Both the position numbers and the translations under genes were made by a program. Under the pieces are notes generated by a model. That model had not been told where the DNA came from. It saw only the letters and a program-made list of their open reading frames with translations, and made no database searches. Positions 21,282 to 32,422 of a stretch of 64,000 bases of DNA are shown here, one piece after another. The DNA lies in contig CAVYRH010000003.1 in assembly GCA_963770835.1 (NCBI GenBank), positions 320,001-384,000 of the forward strand, in the 5' to 3' direction. Every line of letters begins with the position of its first letter. Positions within the stretch are counted from its first letter, which is position 1. This DNA comes from an uncultured Pseudomonadota bacterium. GTDB taxonomy: Bacteria > Oederibacteriota > Muellerivitia > Muellerivitales > Muellerivitaceae.

Positions 21282-21367
21282 GTCGATTCCTCACTTTATT
21301 TGTCTTTTATGGATTCAGAAACGTATGTAACTTAGGACTTAGGGCTCTAACAAGTCAAGATTTAGAG

Positions 21368-22945
21368 TCAAGGGGCCGGAAACAGCTTTTGGTGGTATTG
21401 ATCCAGCTCTTCCTGTCTCTTGTTCTCATCCCAATTTAGAAGTTCTGCCATCAGGCGGGACGTCTTTTCCGCCGCCTCGCCCCACCTTTCCTGACTATAT
21501 CCGAGCTCCAGACGACGCAGGAGCACATCCTCGAGGTGGAAGGCTTTTTCTTTTTGAACGGCATAGACTACCTGGGCAAGGATTTCAGGCCGGGATGGAT
21601 GCAGGCGTTCTAAAAGCCGGGGGTCAGCCTGTGCAAGCCTTAAAATGTCCTCACCTTTTTGGCCGTACAGTCGAGCCAAATGGCCGGCTTGCTCACCTCC
21701 AATGCCATACGCCGAGATCCATTGCCGGGGTTCTTTGGTTAGAAATAAATCCCAAGATTTTTCAGGTGTACCCGGTAATCTATCGAGTTTTTGGCCTGGT
21801 GGCCTTCTTCCCAAGTGTTTCAGGATAAGTTTCAAGGTTTTTTGGGCCATGGAATGGTAGGTGGTAAGCTTTCCCCCGACGATGGTAAATAAGTTCCCGC
21901 TGACAAGGATTTTATCCTCCCGGGAAACGGCAGAGGCGCGCCCGATATCCGACCAGGCTAGTGGACGCAGGCCCGCGAAAGCGGAGATCACTCTTTCACG
22001 TCCCCAGGAGACGTTGGGAAAAATTCTAGAAGCTTCCAGCAGAAGATAATTTATTTCTTCTTCGGTGGGATGAACTTTGTCCGGATCTTCAGAATCATCC
22101 AAATCGGTGGTACCTACTAGGCTGTTACCCCGCCAAGGGATAATAAAAATGACACGGTTATCCTTTTGGGACATTACTAGCACCGCATGATGGCGTAGTA
22201 CCTCGGGCACTACGATGTGGGTTCCCCGGGTCGGGCGAACCAGGTGTAGAGAGTCGTCGGATATAAGTCTGCCAGTTTGATTAGCCCAAGGCCCCGAGGC
22301 GTTCACGAGGCAGGAAGCAGCAATAGTGCCTTCCTCACCTGACTGCTCATGGTGGAAGAACACGCGGGATTCGGATAGTTGCCGATCGATTTGAGTGACA
22401 CGGCAATAGTTGAAGCAATAAGCGCCAAAATTTTCGGCAGCCAGGACGTTTTCCAATACCAGCCGCGCATCGTTGACCTGGGCATCGTAGTAAAGTCCAC
22501 AACCCACCAAATTTTTCATATTTAATGTTGGCGCCTCCATAAGGGCTGCGGAAGGGGAAAGCCATTGGTGCCGGGAGATATTCTTGGCTCCGGCCAGCAG
22601 GTCATACAACCATAATCCAGTTTTGACCATCCAGGCGGGGCGGTTGTCTCCCTTGTAAGATGGTAAAAGAAAAGAGATGGGGTGAACTAAATGGGGGGCC
22701 ATAACCATTAAGCGATGTCTTTCGTGGAGCGCCTCAAAGACCAAGGAAAACCGACCTTGTTCCAAATAGCGGATGCCTCCGTGGACTAGTTTGGTGGATT
22801 TGCTGGAAGTACCTGAACCGAAGTCTCCCTTTTCCAAAAGGACCACAGAAAGCCCTGCGCGAGCCGCCTGGGCCGCTAAGCCCGCCCCATTGATTCCGCC
22901 GCCGATAATGGCAAGGTCAACCTTGGAAATTTCCGAGGGATTCAT
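21368..22945 (-). CDS. glpD: FAD-dependent glycerol-3-phosphate dehydrogenase/oxidase
   Basis: IIGGGING, GTSSKSTKLVHGGIRYLEQ, VGTTD, GLRPL and GGKLTTY. Confidence 0.93.
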   Translation of the reverse strand: MNPSEISKVDLAIIGGGINGAGLAAQAARAGLSVVLLEKGDFGSGTSSKSTKLVHGGIRYLEQGRFSLVFEALHERHRLMVMAPHLVHPISFLLPSYKGDNRPAWMVKTGLWLYDLLAGAKNISRHQWLSPSAALMEAPTLNMKNLVGCGLYYDAQVNDARLVLENVLAAENFGAYCFNYCRVTQIDRQLSESRVFFHHEQSGEEGTIAASCLVNASGPWANQTGRLISDDSLHLVRPTRGTHIVVPEVLRHHAVLVMSQKDNRVIFIIPWRGNSLVGTTDLDDSEDPDKVHPTEEEINYLLLEASRIFPNVSWGRERVISAFAGLRPLAWSDIGRASAVSREDKILVSGNLFTIVGGKLTTYHSMAQKTLKLILKHLGRRPPGQKLDRLPGTPEKSWDLFLTKEPRQWISAYGIGGEQAGHLARLYGQKGEDILRLAQADPRLLERLHPSRPEILAQVVYAVQKEKAFHLEDVLLRRLELGYSQERWGEAAEKTSRLMAELLNWDENKRQEELDQYHQKLFPAP

Positions 22946-23290
22946 TTTGCTTTCCGTTAATGAAGAAGTTATGGGTTTAAACCCAATATAATAGCCTATA
23001 GGTATTGAAAGACATGGATATGCAACATACTATCAAGTTCAAGCGTTTGACCGTGTTTGGCTTAAGCCTGGGTTTTTCAAGTTTTCTACCTGCTATCGAG
23101 ACTCCCAAATTGACGTAGGATTGAGCCACCGGTAAGATGGGGCCTGTTTTATGGACTTTTGCCGATTACGTGAAAAACGGGAGTGGCGCACCCAAGTTGA
23201 CAATTTAAGTTTATGGACAGAAACGACGAAACTGGGTAGGTGCCAGCCTTCTTATGTCAAAATTGGAGATATAATCGCCACTTGTTCAAT

Positions 23291-23375
23291 GCGAGGGTGG
23301 CGAAATTGGCAGACGCACCAGATTTAGGTTCTGGCGGGGTAACCCGTGGGGGTTCAACTCCCCCCCCTCGCACCA
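23291..23375 (+). tRNA. tRNA-Leu (anticodon TAG)
   Basis: Acceptor stem GCGAGGG/CCCTCGC, anticodon arm CCAGA-TT-TAG-GT-TCTGG, long variable arm and CCA. Sits in the usual position before tig. Confidence 0.96.
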
Positions 23376-23447
23376 ATCTTCGAAACCGCGGGATTTTTTA
23401 CCGCAAAATAAGGCAAATTTTAATTTTAAATTAACTAAGGAGTGGCC

Positions 23448-24731
23448 GTGAAAGTCAGCGTAAATAACGTTTCTGGTTGTGCCAAGGAAGTCCACGTGGA
23501 AGTTCCCGCGGAGGATGTTCAAAACAAAGTGAACGGCATTTATGGTCGTATTTCACGTGAGGCCAAGTTGCCGGGTTTCCGCAAGGGAAAGGCCCCCTTG
23601 GAGGTCATCAAAAAACAATACAAGTCCGCTGTCCGGGAAGAAATCATTCACCACGAACTACCGGAGTTTTTTCGATCGGCACTCACCGATCAGAAGATCG
23701 ATCCGGTCGCTCAGCCCCAAATCTCTCATCTCCAATTCGAGGAAGGTGCGCCCCTAAAGTTTATCGCGACAGTTGAAATCAAACCCGAATTCCAATTGAA
23801 GGACTATAAAGGTTTGAAAGTTAAGAAAGAAAAACCCACGGTTACGGAAGAGGAAGTGGACAAGGCATTAGATAATATGCGAGAGCAGATGGCCCAGTTT
23901 GTTCCTGTGGAGGATCGGCCGGTCCAAACGGACGATTTGATAGTCATTGACTTTGAAGGGAAGATCGGAGGCAAGCCTTTTGAAGGGGGTAAGTCATCCC
24001 GTTATCCGGTGCTTTTAGGAAGTAATAGTCTATTGAAAGACTTTGAATCGAACCTTATTGGTATCAAGAAAGGCGAGATCAAAACTTTTAAAATGACGTT
24101 CCCGCAGGATTATGGAAAAAAGGAAGTCGCAGGGCAAGAAGCTGAATTTATGGTGGCTCTCCATGAAATTAAGGAAAAGAAACTTCCCGTGGTGGATAAC
24201 GACTTTGCAAAAGACGCAGGGAAATGCGATACCGTGAAAGAGTTCAGAGAGAAGCTGGAAGCTCAAATCAAAGCTGCCAAGGAAGTCGAACAGAGATCGA
24301 AGATGGTTGAGCAGATTAGTGATAAATTGCTGGCCCTCCATCCTTTCGACGTTCCAGTTTCTTTGGTTAATATGGAGCAACAGCGCCTTGTACAACAGGG
24401 TGTTGACCGTTTAAAGCGACAAGGGATCGATGTCAATAAGCTTGCGGATGACCAGAAGAAAGAATTCGTTGAAAAGCTTCGCCCGGTAGCTCAAAAGAAC
24501 GTTCAGATGGCGCTAATCGTCGAGAAAATCGCCGAAACCGAGAAAATAACCTGTGAGGAGAAGGATTTAGAGGCTTATTACGCAAAAGTCGCTCAGAGTT
24601 CCAATCAACCGTTGGATGTTGTGAAACGCTATTTAAAGCAGCAAGAAAATACGGAATCCATCAAAGAATGGATTCAATATGAGAAAACACTCGATTATTT
24701 AATCGCGCAGGCAAAGATTGAGGCCGCATAG
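23448..24731 (+). CDS. tig: Trigger factor
   Basis: LPGFRKGKAP signature and FKBP domain. AAGGAG RBS favours the GTG at 23448. Confidence 0.96.
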   Translation: MKVSVNNVSGCAKEVHVEVPAEDVQNKVNGIYGRISREAKLPGFRKGKAPLEVIKKQYKSAVREEIIHHELPEFFRSALTDQKIDPVAQPQISHLQFEEGAPLKFIATVEIKPEFQLKDYKGLKVKKEKPTVTEEEVDKALDNMREQMAQFVPVEDRPVQTDDLIVIDFEGKIGGKPFEGGKSSRYPVLLGSNSLLKDFESNLIGIKKGEIKTFKMTFPQDYGKKEVAGQEAEFMVALHEIKEKKLPVVDNDFAKDAGKCDTVKEFREKLEAQIKAAKEVEQRSKMVEQISDKLLALHPFDVPVSLVNMEQQRLVQQGVDRLKRQGIDVNKLADDQKKEFVEKLRPVAQKNVQMALIVEKIAETEKITCEEKDLEAYYAKVAQSSNQPLDVVKRYLKQQENTESIKEWIQYEKTLDYLIAQAKIEAA

Positions 24732-24790
24732 AAAATTAAAAAGAATTTTGAAGGTTTAATTCAGAATTCACCAAGACTTTGGAGGGATTT

Positions 24791-25390
24791 ATGGCGCTTA
24801 TTCCAATTGTGGTAGAGCAAACCAATCGTGGTGAGAGATCTTATGACATTTACTCCCGCCTCTTAAAAGACCGGATCGTCATGCTGGGCACGCCGATCAA
24901 TGATGATGTCGCCAACACCATTATTGCCCAACTATTATTTCTGGAATCGGAAGATCCGGATAAGGATATCAACCTTTACATCAATAGTCCCGGCGGCGTT
25001 GTTACTTCAGGCATGGCCATTTACGACACCATTCAGTTCATGAAGGCGCCAGTATCGACGATTTGCGTTGGCCAGGCCGCCAGCATGGGAGCTTTGCTCT
25101 TGACGGCTGGGGCCAAGGGCAAGCGGTACGCCTTGCCTAATGCCCAAATCATGATCCACCAACCATCGGGGGGCACCCAGGGGCAAGCAACGGATATTGA
25201 GATCCACGCCAAAGAAATCTTGAAGACTCGGGAGAGGCTGAACAAAATTTTGGCATTCCATACAGGGCAACCCCTGGAGAAAATAGAAGACGATGTCGAG
25301 AGGGATCATTTTCTCACGGCTGAGGAAGCCAAAGAATATGGCTTGATTGACGACATCCTGACCAAACGGCCTGACATCAAGAAAAAATAA
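24791..25390 (+). CDS. clpP: ATP-dependent Clp protease proteolytic subunit
   Basis: [26 protein letters not shown] and MIHQP. Confidence 0.98.
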   Translation: MALIPIVVEQTNRGERSYDIYSRLLKDRIVMLGTPINDDVANTIIAQLLFLESEDPDKDINLYINSPGGVVTSGMAIYDTIQFMKAPVSTICVGQAASMGALLLTAGAKGKRYALPNAQIMIHQPSGGTQGQATDIEIHAKEILKTRERLNKILAFHTGQPLEKIEDDVERDHFLTAEEAKEYGLIDDILTKRPDIKKK

Positions 25391-25524
25391 GAAGGCCAGC
25401 CCTTTAAAAGCGGTTGGAGTGGGTGTCAGTTTTCGATAAAACAGGTAAGATATTGGGGAGATTCACTGGGTAGCAGGCATGGGGCCTGATCCTTTTCCTT
25501 AAATTTAAATAAGGACTGATTGTT

Positions 25525-26790
25525 ATGGCTGGCGAGAAAGACAAATCTTCTTTTTTGCGGTGTTCCTTCTGTGGCAAGACACAGGACGAGGTCAAGAAAC
25601 TCGTCGCGGGCCCTACAGTTTATATTTGCAATGAGTGCGTGGCGCTTTGCAACGACATACTGAAGGAAGAGGATAAAATTGAAGTCAAAAGTGGAAGTCC
25701 CAAGGGCAGGATATCGGTCCCTAAGCCCTCGGAAATCAAGGAAATCTTAGATGAATACGTCATTGGTCAGGAAAAGTCCAAGAAAATTCTGGCCGTGGCA
25801 GTCCACAACCACTATAAACGTCTCGTCGTAAAAAACGGTCCTGAAGACGTCGAGCTTCAAAAAAGCAATGTTCTACTCATTGGCCCCACGGGAGTTGGAA
25901 AAACTTTACTTGCTCAAACCCTGGCTCGTATTTTGGATGTGCCTTTTGCCGTTGCAGATGCCACTACTCTCACGGAAGCCGGTTATGTAGGTGAGGATGT
26001 GGAAAACATTATTTTGAAGCTTCTCCAGAATTCGGAATTCGACGTCAAACGGGCAGAGCGGGGGATTATTTATATCGATGAAATCGACAAGATCAGCCGG
26101 AAGTCGGAAAACCCTAGCATTACCCGTGACGTGTCAGGAGAGGGTGTCCAGCAGGCTCTTTTGAAAATCATCGAGGGAACCGAAGTTAATGTTCCTCCCC
26201 AAGGCGGACGCAAGCACCCTCACCAGGAATACATCAAGGTGGACTCCAGCAATATTCTTTTCATTTGTGGCGGGGCTTTTGTCGGCTTGGAAAAGATCGT
26301 TGAAAACCGCTTGGGACGGCGCAGCATTGGCTTTAAGGGAGAGGCTCTCAGCCGTCAGGAAAAGAAATTGGGTGAATTATTTGAGCAAGTCCAGCCCGAG
26401 GACCTAATCAAGTTCGGCCTGATTCCGGAATTTATCGGGCGGCTCCCGGTTGTGGCGGCCTTGCATGAGCTGGACGAGGACACGTTGGTGCGGGTTCTGA
26501 CCGAACCCAAAAATGCCTTGACCAAGCAATATCAACGTTATTTCGAAATAGAAAACGTCAAGCTCAAATTCACGCCTGAAGCCTTAAAGGCAGTTTCTAG
26601 GGAAGCTATTAAGCGGCATTCAGGAGCCCGTGGTCTTCGTTCCATCCTAGAGGAAGTAATGATGGAGTTGATGTATGACATACCCTCTCGGAAGGATATT
26701 AAAGAAGTGGTTATAACCGAAGGGGTAATCCTCAAAAGAGAAGAGCCGATACTGGTTTATCAAAAGGGCCGCGGCGAGAACACTGCTTAA
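25525..26790 (+). CDS. clpX: Clp protease ATP-binding subunit ClpX
   Basis: CSFCGK..ICNEC zinc finger, [19 protein letters not shown] and IGF loops. Confidence 0.98.
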   Translation: MAGEKDKSSFLRCSFCGKTQDEVKKLVAGPTVYICNECVALCNDILKEEDKIEVKSGSPKGRISVPKPSEIKEILDEYVIGQEKSKKILAVAVHNHYKRLVVKNGPEDVELQKSNVLLIGPTGVGKTLLAQTLARILDVPFAVADATTLTEAGYVGEDVENIILKLLQNSEFDVKRAERGIIYIDEIDKISRKSENPSITRDVSGEGVQQALLKIIEGTEVNVPPQGGRKHPHQEYIKVDSSNILFICGGAFVGLEKIVENRLGRRSIGFKGEALSRQEKKLGELFEQVQPEDLIKFGLIPEFIGRLPVVAALHELDEDTLVRVLTEPKNALTKQYQRYFEIENVKLKFTPEALKAVSREAIKRHSGARGLRSILEEVMMELMYDIPSRKDIKEVVITEGVILKREEPILVYQKGRGENTA

Positions 26791-26858
26791 AGCGGACTGG
26801 GTTTTAGTACTCAAACTTCTATCAAATACGGCAATATTTCGGATATTGCTCTCGTCAA

Positions 26859-27734
26859 TTGCAAACGGTTAAAAATGAGTTGCCTTTGAAAATTTTTGAA
26901 TTCAATCCTGGTTCAACAAAACGACTTCTCCACTTGGCCCATGCAAATGGTTTTTTGCCTCCTACCTACCGTGAAGCTTTAGAACAGCTTTTTCCTTACT
27001 TTCGTGTCGTTGCCTTGGCCCCCCGACCTATTTGGAATAATACTCCACCCGAATGGCTTAAGTCTTGGTCTCAAATGAAAGATGATTTACTAATGGGGTT
27101 GAAGGAAATGGGGGCTCAAAAGGTGGTCGGTGTGGGGCACAGCTTGGGCGGGGTCCTGACACTTTACGCGGCGGTCAAGCAACCTGATCTTTTTAGCCAT
27201 GTCGTCCTGATTGACCCTACTATGCTGTCGCCCAAACTATTATGGCAAATCAGGCTTATGAAGTTCTTTGGCTTTGAGGCCCGTTCTTTCTTGATTAAGG
27301 GTGCTCTGCGGCGAAAGCGGGACTGGGAAAATTCGGAAGCTGCTTACAAATATTTCAGAGGGAGACAACTCTTTAAGAATTGGTCTAATGAAATGGTAAG
27401 AGCCTATACAGAAAGTATTACCGCTCCCTCTCCTGTGGGCGGAATATGTCTTGTTTACCCGCCTGAGTGGGAAGCCCGGATTTATAGAACTATCCCCACG
27501 GATGTTTGGAAGTTTGCTAAGCAGTTACAGCTACCTACGCTTGTTGTTCGTGGTGAGAATTCCAATACCTTTACTGCCGATGGCGAGAAAATCTTTCGAA
27601 AATTAAATCCAAAGGCAGTTTTTAAGGTTGTTCAAAACGCAGGACATTTGCTGTCTCAAGAAAAACCGAAAGAAATCGGAAGACTGATTTTGGAATTTCT
27701 AGAAGGAAATAACTTTGTGAGAAATGTTTCTTAA
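26859..27734 (+). CDS. Alpha/beta fold hydrolase (start codon uncertain)
   Basis: HANGF, GHSLGG nucleophile elbow and AGHL. Confidence 0.88.
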   Translation: MQTVKNELPLKIFEFNPGSTKRLLHLAHANGFLPPTYREALEQLFPYFRVVALAPRPIWNNTPPEWLKSWSQMKDDLLMGLKEMGAQKVVGVGHSLGGVLTLYAAVKQPDLFSHVVLIDPTMLSPKLLWQIRLMKFFGFEARSFLIKGALRRKRDWENSEAAYKYFRGRQLFKNWSNEMVRAYTESITAPSPVGGICLVYPPEWEARIYRTIPTDVWKFAKQLQLPTLVVRGENSNTFTADGEKIFRKLNPKAVFKVVQNAGHLLSQEKPKEIGRLILEFLEGNNFVRNVS

Positions 27735-27871
27735 GAGGTAGTGCATTCAAAATATCTTTCTAGATATCCGGATTCAGGCTGAAAATGCTCACCTCCGCTT
27801 TAAGTTATTTCGATTTCGATCCGTTAATATTTCGAAAAACCTTCTTTATTTCCAAAGTTCTAACGACGCTC

Positions 27872-27899
27872 TTGACAGCAAATAAGAAGGCATTATACT
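27872..27899 (+). promoter_or_regulatory. Sigma70-type promoter for the aminotransferase-serA operon
   Basis: TTGACA-N16-TATACT. Confidence 0.7.
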
Positions 27900-27937
27900 A
27901 ACGCTGACTTTGTGAAATGTTTCACAAAGTCAGCGTT
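27900..27937. promoter_or_regulatory. Perfect 18-bp-arm palindrome containing a Rex-box consensus
   Basis: AACGCTGACTTTGTGAAA-TG-TTTCACAAAGTCAGCGTT. The core at 27910-27927 is TTGTGAA-N4-TTCACAA. Confidence 0.7.
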
Positions 27938-28006
27938 TTCGGCATAAAATCAGGGAAAATACCCGCTTTACCTTCTCTCCACCCACAGGGTTCAAAAGGA
28001 TCTTTC

Positions 28007-29161
28007 ATGCGAAAAAAATACATTATGGCCCCTGGGCCAACTCCCATACCGGCGGAAGTTCTGGCGGAAGCCAGTATGCCGATTATTCACCATCGAACAC
28101 CTCAATTTCAGGCCATTTTCAAAGCGGCCCATGAGGGGCTTCAGATGCTTTTCCGGACCAAACGGCCTGTCATGACATTCGCTTCGGTTGGAACCGGGGC
28201 AATGGAGTCAGCAGTCGCTAATTTAACTTCGCCAGGCGAGAAAGTTTTGGTTGCTTCTGCCGGACATTTTGGCAACCGCTGGAAGGATATTTGCGCGGTC
28301 TTTGGGGTTCAGGCTGAGCTTTTAGAGGCCGAATGGGGACAAGCTGTTGATTCAGAAGAAGTGCGCAAAAAATTGAAGCTTTTTCCAGAAATTAAGCTGA
28401 TTTTCACGACCCTGAATGAAACGTCCACAGGAGTAGTCAACGACATCCAAGCCCTAACCAAAGTTGCCCATGAATCTGGAGCCTTGATTGTAGTGGACGC
28501 CATTTCGGGTCTTGGCGCCATGCCGTGTGAAACGGATGCATGGGGTGTGGACCTAGTTCTTTCGGGTTCGCAAAAGGGATTCATGATTCCCCCCGGATTA
28601 GCGTTTGTCTGTGCCCAGCTCACAGCAGTAGAAAAAACAAAATCCGCCAAGAATCCGCGGTATTACTTCAGCTATGAGAAGGCCCTGAAAAAATTGATTG
28701 AGGAAAAGATGCCGGATACGCCCTTTACTCCGGCTATTTCCTTAGTAATCCAATTAAAAAAAGCACTGGAACTTATCAAGGAAGAAGGCGTGGAGAATGT
28801 CTGGAAAAGACACGCTGGCCTGGCTAAGGCCGCACGGGCGGGGGTGGAAGCGCTCGGGCTGAAGTTATTTGCTCCCAAGGCTCCTTCAGCGGCACTGACT
28901 TCTGTTGTGGCTCCAGATGGGATCGATAGTGGCCTCATCAATAAAACATTCCGAGATACCTACGGCATTAGTATTGCCGGTGGACAGGGAAAAGTGAAAG
29001 GTAAGATTTTTCGAATTGGCCACTTGGGGTATGTCGATGGTTCGGATGTCATTTTGGGAATCGCCACCTTGGAAATGGTGATGCACAAGGTGGGCCACAA
29101 GGTTCCTTTGGGCGTCGGGGTAAAAGCTGCGGAAGAAATCTTACTAATGGAAAACATCTAG
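28007..29161 (+). CDS. Class V PLP aminotransferase (alanine--glyoxylate/serine--pyruvate family)
   Basis: MAPGPTP, HHRT, GTGAME, NETSTG, VDAIS, SGSQKG (PLP Lys) and FRIGHLG. Confidence 0.92.
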   Translation: MRKKYIMAPGPTPIPAEVLAEASMPIIHHRTPQFQAIFKAAHEGLQMLFRTKRPVMTFASVGTGAMESAVANLTSPGEKVLVASAGHFGNRWKDICAVFGVQAELLEAEWGQAVDSEEVRKKLKLFPEIKLIFTTLNETSTGVVNDIQALTKVAHESGALIVVDAISGLGAMPCETDAWGVDLVLSGSQKGFMIPPGLAFVCAQLTAVEKTKSAKNPRYYFSYEKALKKLIEEKMPDTPFTPAISLVIQLKKALELIKEEGVENVWKRHAGLAKAARAGVEALGLKLFAPKAPSAALTSVVAPDGIDSGLINKTFRDTYGISIAGGQGKVKGKIFRIGHLGYVDGSDVILGIATLEMVMHKVGHKVPLGVGVKAAEEILLMENI

Positions 29162-29170
29162 GAGTATCCA

Positions 29171-30754
29171 ATGTTTAAAGTTTTAATTACCGACAAGCTT
29201 TCGGAACAAGGGATGGAAGTTTTCAAGAAAGAAAAGGATTTACGTGTTGAGGAGCATGTCGGCAAAAGTCCGGAGGAATTAAGGAAAATACTAGGGGACT
29301 ACGACGCTTGGGTTATTCGTAGCGGTACGACCGTCACGGCTGAATTAATTCAGGCTGCCAGCAAAATGAAGATTATCGGGCGCGCGGGCGTTGGTGTTGA
29401 TAACGTGGATTTAGAGGCGGCCACCAAACGCGGTATTATCGTCATGAACACACCGGACGGAAACACCATTTCCACCGCCGAACATACCATTGCAATGTTA
29501 ATGTCCATGGCCCGTAGGATTCCCCAAGCTCAACAGTCACTTAAAGAGAAGAAGTGGGAACGTAGCAAATTCATTGGCTGCGAGTTGAACGAAAAAGTGT
29601 TGGGTGTCGTGGGACTCGGACGGATCGGAACCAATGTTGCCCGCAAGGCTATCGGCCTGGGGATGCGGGTTTTGGCTTATGACCCTTATGTGGATCCAGC
29701 CAAAACCAAGGGCCACGAATTCGAGGTTGTGACGCTGGATGAAATTATAAAGAGGTCAGATTTTATTACCGTTCACACGCCCTTAACCAAGGAAACAAAG
29801 GGATTGATCGGGGCCAAGGAAATTGCGGCCATGAAAAATGGTGTCCGGCTCGTGAATTGCGCACGCGGCGGTATTATTGATGAAGCGGCCTTGTTCGAGG
29901 GCTTGAAAAACGGCAAGATAGCCGGTGCCGCCCTAGATGTATTCGAGAAGGAACCTCCCTTTGACAGCCCTCTTTTGACTCTGGAGAACGTAGTTTGCGT
30001 GCCCCATTTGGGTGCGGCCACCCAAGAAGCCCAAGTGAATGTAGCAGTCGTAGTAGCCGAGCAAATGGTGGAAGCCTTGAAAGGTGGCCGAGTGAAGAAT
30101 GCGGTCAATATGCCTTCTTTAGACCCTAAGATCTTAGAAGAGTTGAAACCTTATTTAACTCTCGTGGAGAAAATTGGATCCTTTCATGCGCAACTCGCGG
30201 AGTCTTTCATTAAGAAAATCCAAGTTGAATACAACGGGGAAGTGGCTCGGTTTGATGCCAAGCCTTTGACCCTTAGCTTGGTGAAGGGGATCCTTCAGAA
30301 GGGTATGAGTGAGGCCGTCAATTATGTGAACGCTCTCTTTATCGCCAAAGAACGTGGATATGAGATTTCTGAGACTGTAAACAACAGCGCTCAGGATTAT
30401 TCTTCCCTCATCACCGTCACGGTTACGAACGAAAAAGCGACCCATTCCATTTCTGGCACGGTATTCGGCAAAAAAGAATTTCGAATCGTCAACTTAGATG
30501 GAAATTCAACCGACTTCACGCCTGAAGGCAATATGATCTGGATGGCCCATCATGACCGGCCGGGCATTGTTGGAAAACTGGGGACTATACTAGGCAGCAA
30601 TAATGTCAATATTGCCGGCCTTTACGTGGGGAGGCAGGCAGTGGGTGGAACAGCCATAGCCATGGTGAACGTGGACAACGAGGTGCCGGAAAAGGTAATG
30701 GCCGAATTACGCGAGATACCCCACATTCAAGATTTAAGATTCGTTAAGTTCTAA
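29171..30754 (+). CDS. serA: D-3-phosphoglycerate dehydrogenase
   Basis: GRAGVGVDNVD, GLGRIG, NCARGG, PHLGA and a C-terminal ACT domain (DRPGIVG). Confidence 0.96.
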   Translation: MFKVLITDKLSEQGMEVFKKEKDLRVEEHVGKSPEELRKILGDYDAWVIRSGTTVTAELIQAASKMKIIGRAGVGVDNVDLEAATKRGIIVMNTPDGNTISTAEHTIAMLMSMARRIPQAQQSLKEKKWERSKFIGCELNEKVLGVVGLGRIGTNVARKAIGLGMRVLAYDPYVDPAKTKGHEFEVVTLDEIIKRSDFITVHTPLTKETKGLIGAKEIAAMKNGVRLVNCARGGIIDEAALFEGLKNGKIAGAALDVFEKEPPFDSPLLTLENVVCVPHLGAATQEAQVNVAVVVAEQMVEALKGGRVKNAVNMPSLDPKILEELKPYLTLVEKIGSFHAQLAESFIKKIQVEYNGEVARFDAKPLTLSLVKGILQKGMSEAVNYVNALFIAKERGYEISETVNNSAQDYSSLITVTVTNEKATHSISGTVFGKKEFRIVNLDGNSTDFTPEGNMIWMAHHDRPGIVGKLGTILGSNNVNIAGLYVGRQAVGGTAIAMVNVDNEVPEKVMAELREIPHIQDLRFVKF

Positions 30755-30807
30755 GCTAATTTGCTGTTTCCTTGACAGCGCTAGGGGCTAGGGATACCTT
30801 AATGCCT

Positions 30808-31377
30808 ATGAAATTTAAGGTCTTCTTGGCTACAACAATCTTGGTTTTACCTTTAGTTTCCCAGGCGGCGCCCAATTTTTGGAATGTTCCCAATGCTACG
30901 CCCACGCCTTTACCGCCTCCGGACATCCAACAGTCATTGGGGCCCCCGGAGTTTCAAACTGCCACTCCAACGCCCGTTTTGGCTCCACCGGTCCAATTGC
31001 CAACTACTACTCCCACTCCCCGTCCTGGGTTGAAGCCTAAAAATCCAACAGAAGCGGCACTTTTTTCCGCCGTGATTCCAGGTTCGGGCCATGTTTACGC
31101 AGGAGACCCTGCAAGGGGATTGGTTTTTGCTACGCTTTTTGGACTGGGGCTTTGGCAGACACTTGATAATCTCCAGTTGGTTCATGATGATACAGGTGCC
31201 TTAGTTGCGAAAAATGAAACGGCAGGCAACTTATTCGGGTTGGCGACGCTCGCAGCCTATGGTTTCGGCATCCAGGATGCTTATAACACAGCCGTTCATT
31301 ACAACAAGCAGAATTACTTAACTCTTAATTTTGGGATTGAGCCTAGGCCCAACGCCAGCCTCGCCTTCTCCTTCTAA
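30808..31377 (+). CDS. Exported protein with Pro/Thr linker and DUF5683-like membrane segment
   Basis: Signal peptide, PTPTP tracts and KNPTEAALFSAVIPGSGHVY. Confidence 0.55.
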   Translation: MKFKVFLATTILVLPLVSQAAPNFWNVPNATPTPLPPPDIQQSLGPPEFQTATPTPVLAPPVQLPTTTPTPRPGLKPKNPTEAALFSAVIPGSGHVYAGDPARGLVFATLFGLGLWQTLDNLQLVHDDTGALVAKNETAGNLFGLATLAAYGFGIQDAYNTAVHYNKQNYLTLNFGIEPRPNASLAFSF

Positions 31378-31389
31378 AAGGTTGGTTTA

Positions 31390-32403
31390 ATGACAAGGGG
31401 TTTGGGGACCGCCCCCAAAATGACAGATAAATTTCCACTCTTTTTTACCCTCATGGTTTGGCTTTTTCTTTTGGCGCCTCCTGGTTCCCATGGCGTGGAA
31501 TTAGATCCTTATCCTGTTTTTGATTTTTCGCGTGATCCGTTTTCCATTACTCTTTTTCGGGAAGAACGGCCAAGCTTTTATTGGGTGAATATCGGGGTGC
31601 CCGATTTTTTCTTCAAAGGTGTCCAGCAACTTTCATCACTTCCCAATCCAACCGTTTACACGATCCGAAGCATCGAATATGGCGTTCAAACGAAAGGATG
31701 GGCTACCGACCAACTGCAACTGAGAGCGACTTTTCCATTTGAGGCGAATGCCCTTGTCGATCCGTCGGGCAATACCCACAATGTAGCGAAATTCGGGGAC
31801 TTGGAAGTGGGGGCCACCTATTTAGTAGCGGGGAAGCGGGAAAAAGGGAGTTTTATTGGTGTGGACGGTTGGTGCCGGTTTCCGACAGGGACCAATCCCT
31901 TTAGTCTTGCTTATCCCATTCTTTCCTCGGGGAAAGGTGCTTCGGAAGGAGCACTGGGCCTTATCGTGGCTGAAGAACTGGGTGGATTTTCTTTTTTTCA
32001 AAGTATACACTATCAAAAAACCCAACCGCTTGTATTGGATTCTTCCAATCCCTTCTTGGGGGCCGGAACATTTCAATGGCCGGACAATGTTTTGGCGGAA
32101 GGGCGTGTGGAATACTTAATTTTTCAACGGGCACACCGCTTTGTCAGTTTCTATTATGATGTGCGAATGCGGATGAGCGGATTGATGGAGTTTAATCATC
32201 AACCTCTCACTTATGGACAAAATCCAAATGGCCAAACGACCGATATGCTTTTCTTTTCCCAGGGGGGAATTGTAGTGAAGGTGGACAAGGACTTTTCTGC
32301 CGATGGATCAGTGGCGTTCTTTCCTTTTGAGTTTGGTTTACCAATTTATCGTCCAGACGCTGGATTGATGTTTTCGTTGTCGTTGGTATTTAGACCGATC
32401 TAA
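31390..32403 (+). CDS. Putative outer-membrane beta-barrel protein
   Basis: Signal peptide, FGDLEVG...FPTG motif, amphipathic strands and an aromatic C-terminal strand. Confidence 0.5.
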   Translation: MTRGLGTAPKMTDKFPLFFTLMVWLFLLAPPGSHGVELDPYPVFDFSRDPFSITLFREERPSFYWVNIGVPDFFFKGVQQLSSLPNPTVYTIRSIEYGVQTKGWATDQLQLRATFPFEANALVDPSGNTHNVAKFGDLEVGATYLVAGKREKGSFIGVDGWCRFPTGTNPFSLAYPILSSGKGASEGALGLIVAEELGGFSFFQSIHYQKTQPLVLDSSNPFLGAGTFQWPDNVLAEGRVEYLIFQRAHRFVSFYYDVRMRMSGLMEFNHQPLTYGQNPNGQTTDMLFFSQGGIVVKVDKDFSADGSVAFFPFEFGLPIYRPDAGLMFSLSLVFRPI

Positions 32404-32422
32404 TAAAAGCCAAGGAGCTATC

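Noticed and set aside
22946..23290. Small ORF fragments between glpD and tRNA-Leu
   Set aside because: Short and without recognisable homology.
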